DNA of 7,116 bases, from positions 1 to 7,116 of the forward strand of contig JBHGNT010001494.1 of assembly GCA_043228905.1 (NCBI GenBank), in the 5' to 3' direction. Both the position numbers and the translations under genes were made by a program. Below are positions 6,430-7,116 of this stretch, piece after piece. How positions within the stretch are numbered: position 1 is the first letter of the stretch; each line of letters starts with the position of its first letter. A model generated the notes under the pieces. It was given only the letters and a program-made list of their open reading frames with translations. It did not search any database and was not told the DNA's origin. Origin of the DNA: Azolla caroliniana. Lineage: Eukaryota; Plantae; Polypodiophyta.

Positions 6430-7040
6430 AAAAATAATAGGAATAAATTAGTAGATTTTTTAGTGGCATCTAACTCTACTCCACAATAATCTCCACATTC
6501 AGATTTTACATGGATTCTTGAAAGCATTAGAATTAGATATTTAGGTGCTAGGAAATTATTAACAACTAAAATTATGGTTGCTCCTTTGTTATTTACAATT
6601 AGGAAAAAATTGTAATTTTGGAATAAATCTAAACTATCATTTATGGGCAAAGTGGTAGTAGTAAACAAAGTATTTTTGTCTAGACATTGGTATATTTTCT
6701 AGATCATGTATGGGACAACTACAAAGATTAATTAGGAATTATTTGTGGGCAAGAAATGAAGTCATGCAAGGGAAAAGTTTAAGATGTTGTATTAGGTAGG
6801 ATTAGGAATTGTTGATCCATTACAATAGTCAAAAGCTTGGTAATTAGTGGATTGTTACTAGGACCAAAACCATGGAAACAAAGGTTCTATCCCAAACTAG
6901 TGGAGATTGGAAGTTCATATTCAATTGAGTTTTGTGGAAGACAACAAGATTGCAATTTCTTGAAAATGGGAAGACAAAATTTCTTGATCTATTAATAATT
7001 CGTGGAAGCATATTTCTCTGGATTTAGTTAATCAATTTTC
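6430..7040 (+). mobile_element. Degenerate L1-clade LINE ORF2 fragment (end of reverse transcriptase and downstream region), with stops and frameshifts
   Basis: Manual translation across frames: KNNRNKLVDFLVASNSTPQ*SPHSDFTWILESIRIRYLG...VAPLLFTIRKKL*FWNKSKLSFMGKVVVVNKVFLSRHWY / SRSCMGQLQRLIRNYLWA / GLGIVDPLQ*SKA / LVISGLLLGPKPWK. These correspond to the plant L1 motifs YLG, W...LSxxGR/K...N, RxFLW and GGLGI. Missing from the ORF track. Confidence 0.88.
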
Positions 7041-7116
7041 GTGCTTAATAATATAAGGGTAGAAAAGACAATGTTTCCTTCGATCCGAGCCATCTTTTCT
7101 AATGTACAGATGCAAT

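Noticed and set aside
5841-6465. CACTA element bounded by CACTAAGT (5841) and TTTTTTAGTG (6465)
   Set aside because: The TIR match is only about 6 bp, the 3-bp flanks differ (ggc vs gca), and the right end lies inside LINE coding homology.

Overview
AT-rich land-plant genomic DNA. The first part holds the 3' half of a spliced receptor-like Ser/Thr kinase gene on the + strand. Six GT-AG exons (996-1207, 1378-1501, 1673-1738, 1862-2045, 2248-2386, 2472-2729) join into an uninterrupted reading frame of about 326 aa. Its motifs, intron positions and C-terminal 'QAR*' match the LRR-I (IOS1/FRK1-like) RLK class; the ectodomain and transmembrane exons are not visible in the window. Downstream is a mosaic of transposon-derived DNA: a 611-bp hAT-type MITE (18-bp TIRs, 8-bp TSD) inserted into one copy of an 83-bp tandem duplication, so its empty site lies directly beside it; a decayed 35-bp repeat; a 107-bp loop-less fold-back element with TG...CA ends centred on CACGTG; a possible LTR-like segment containing six self-complementary 32-bp repeats; and a degenerate L1-type LINE ORF2 relic (about 6430-7040). 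I see no convincing novel protein-coding system. The most unusual signals are non-coding structures.
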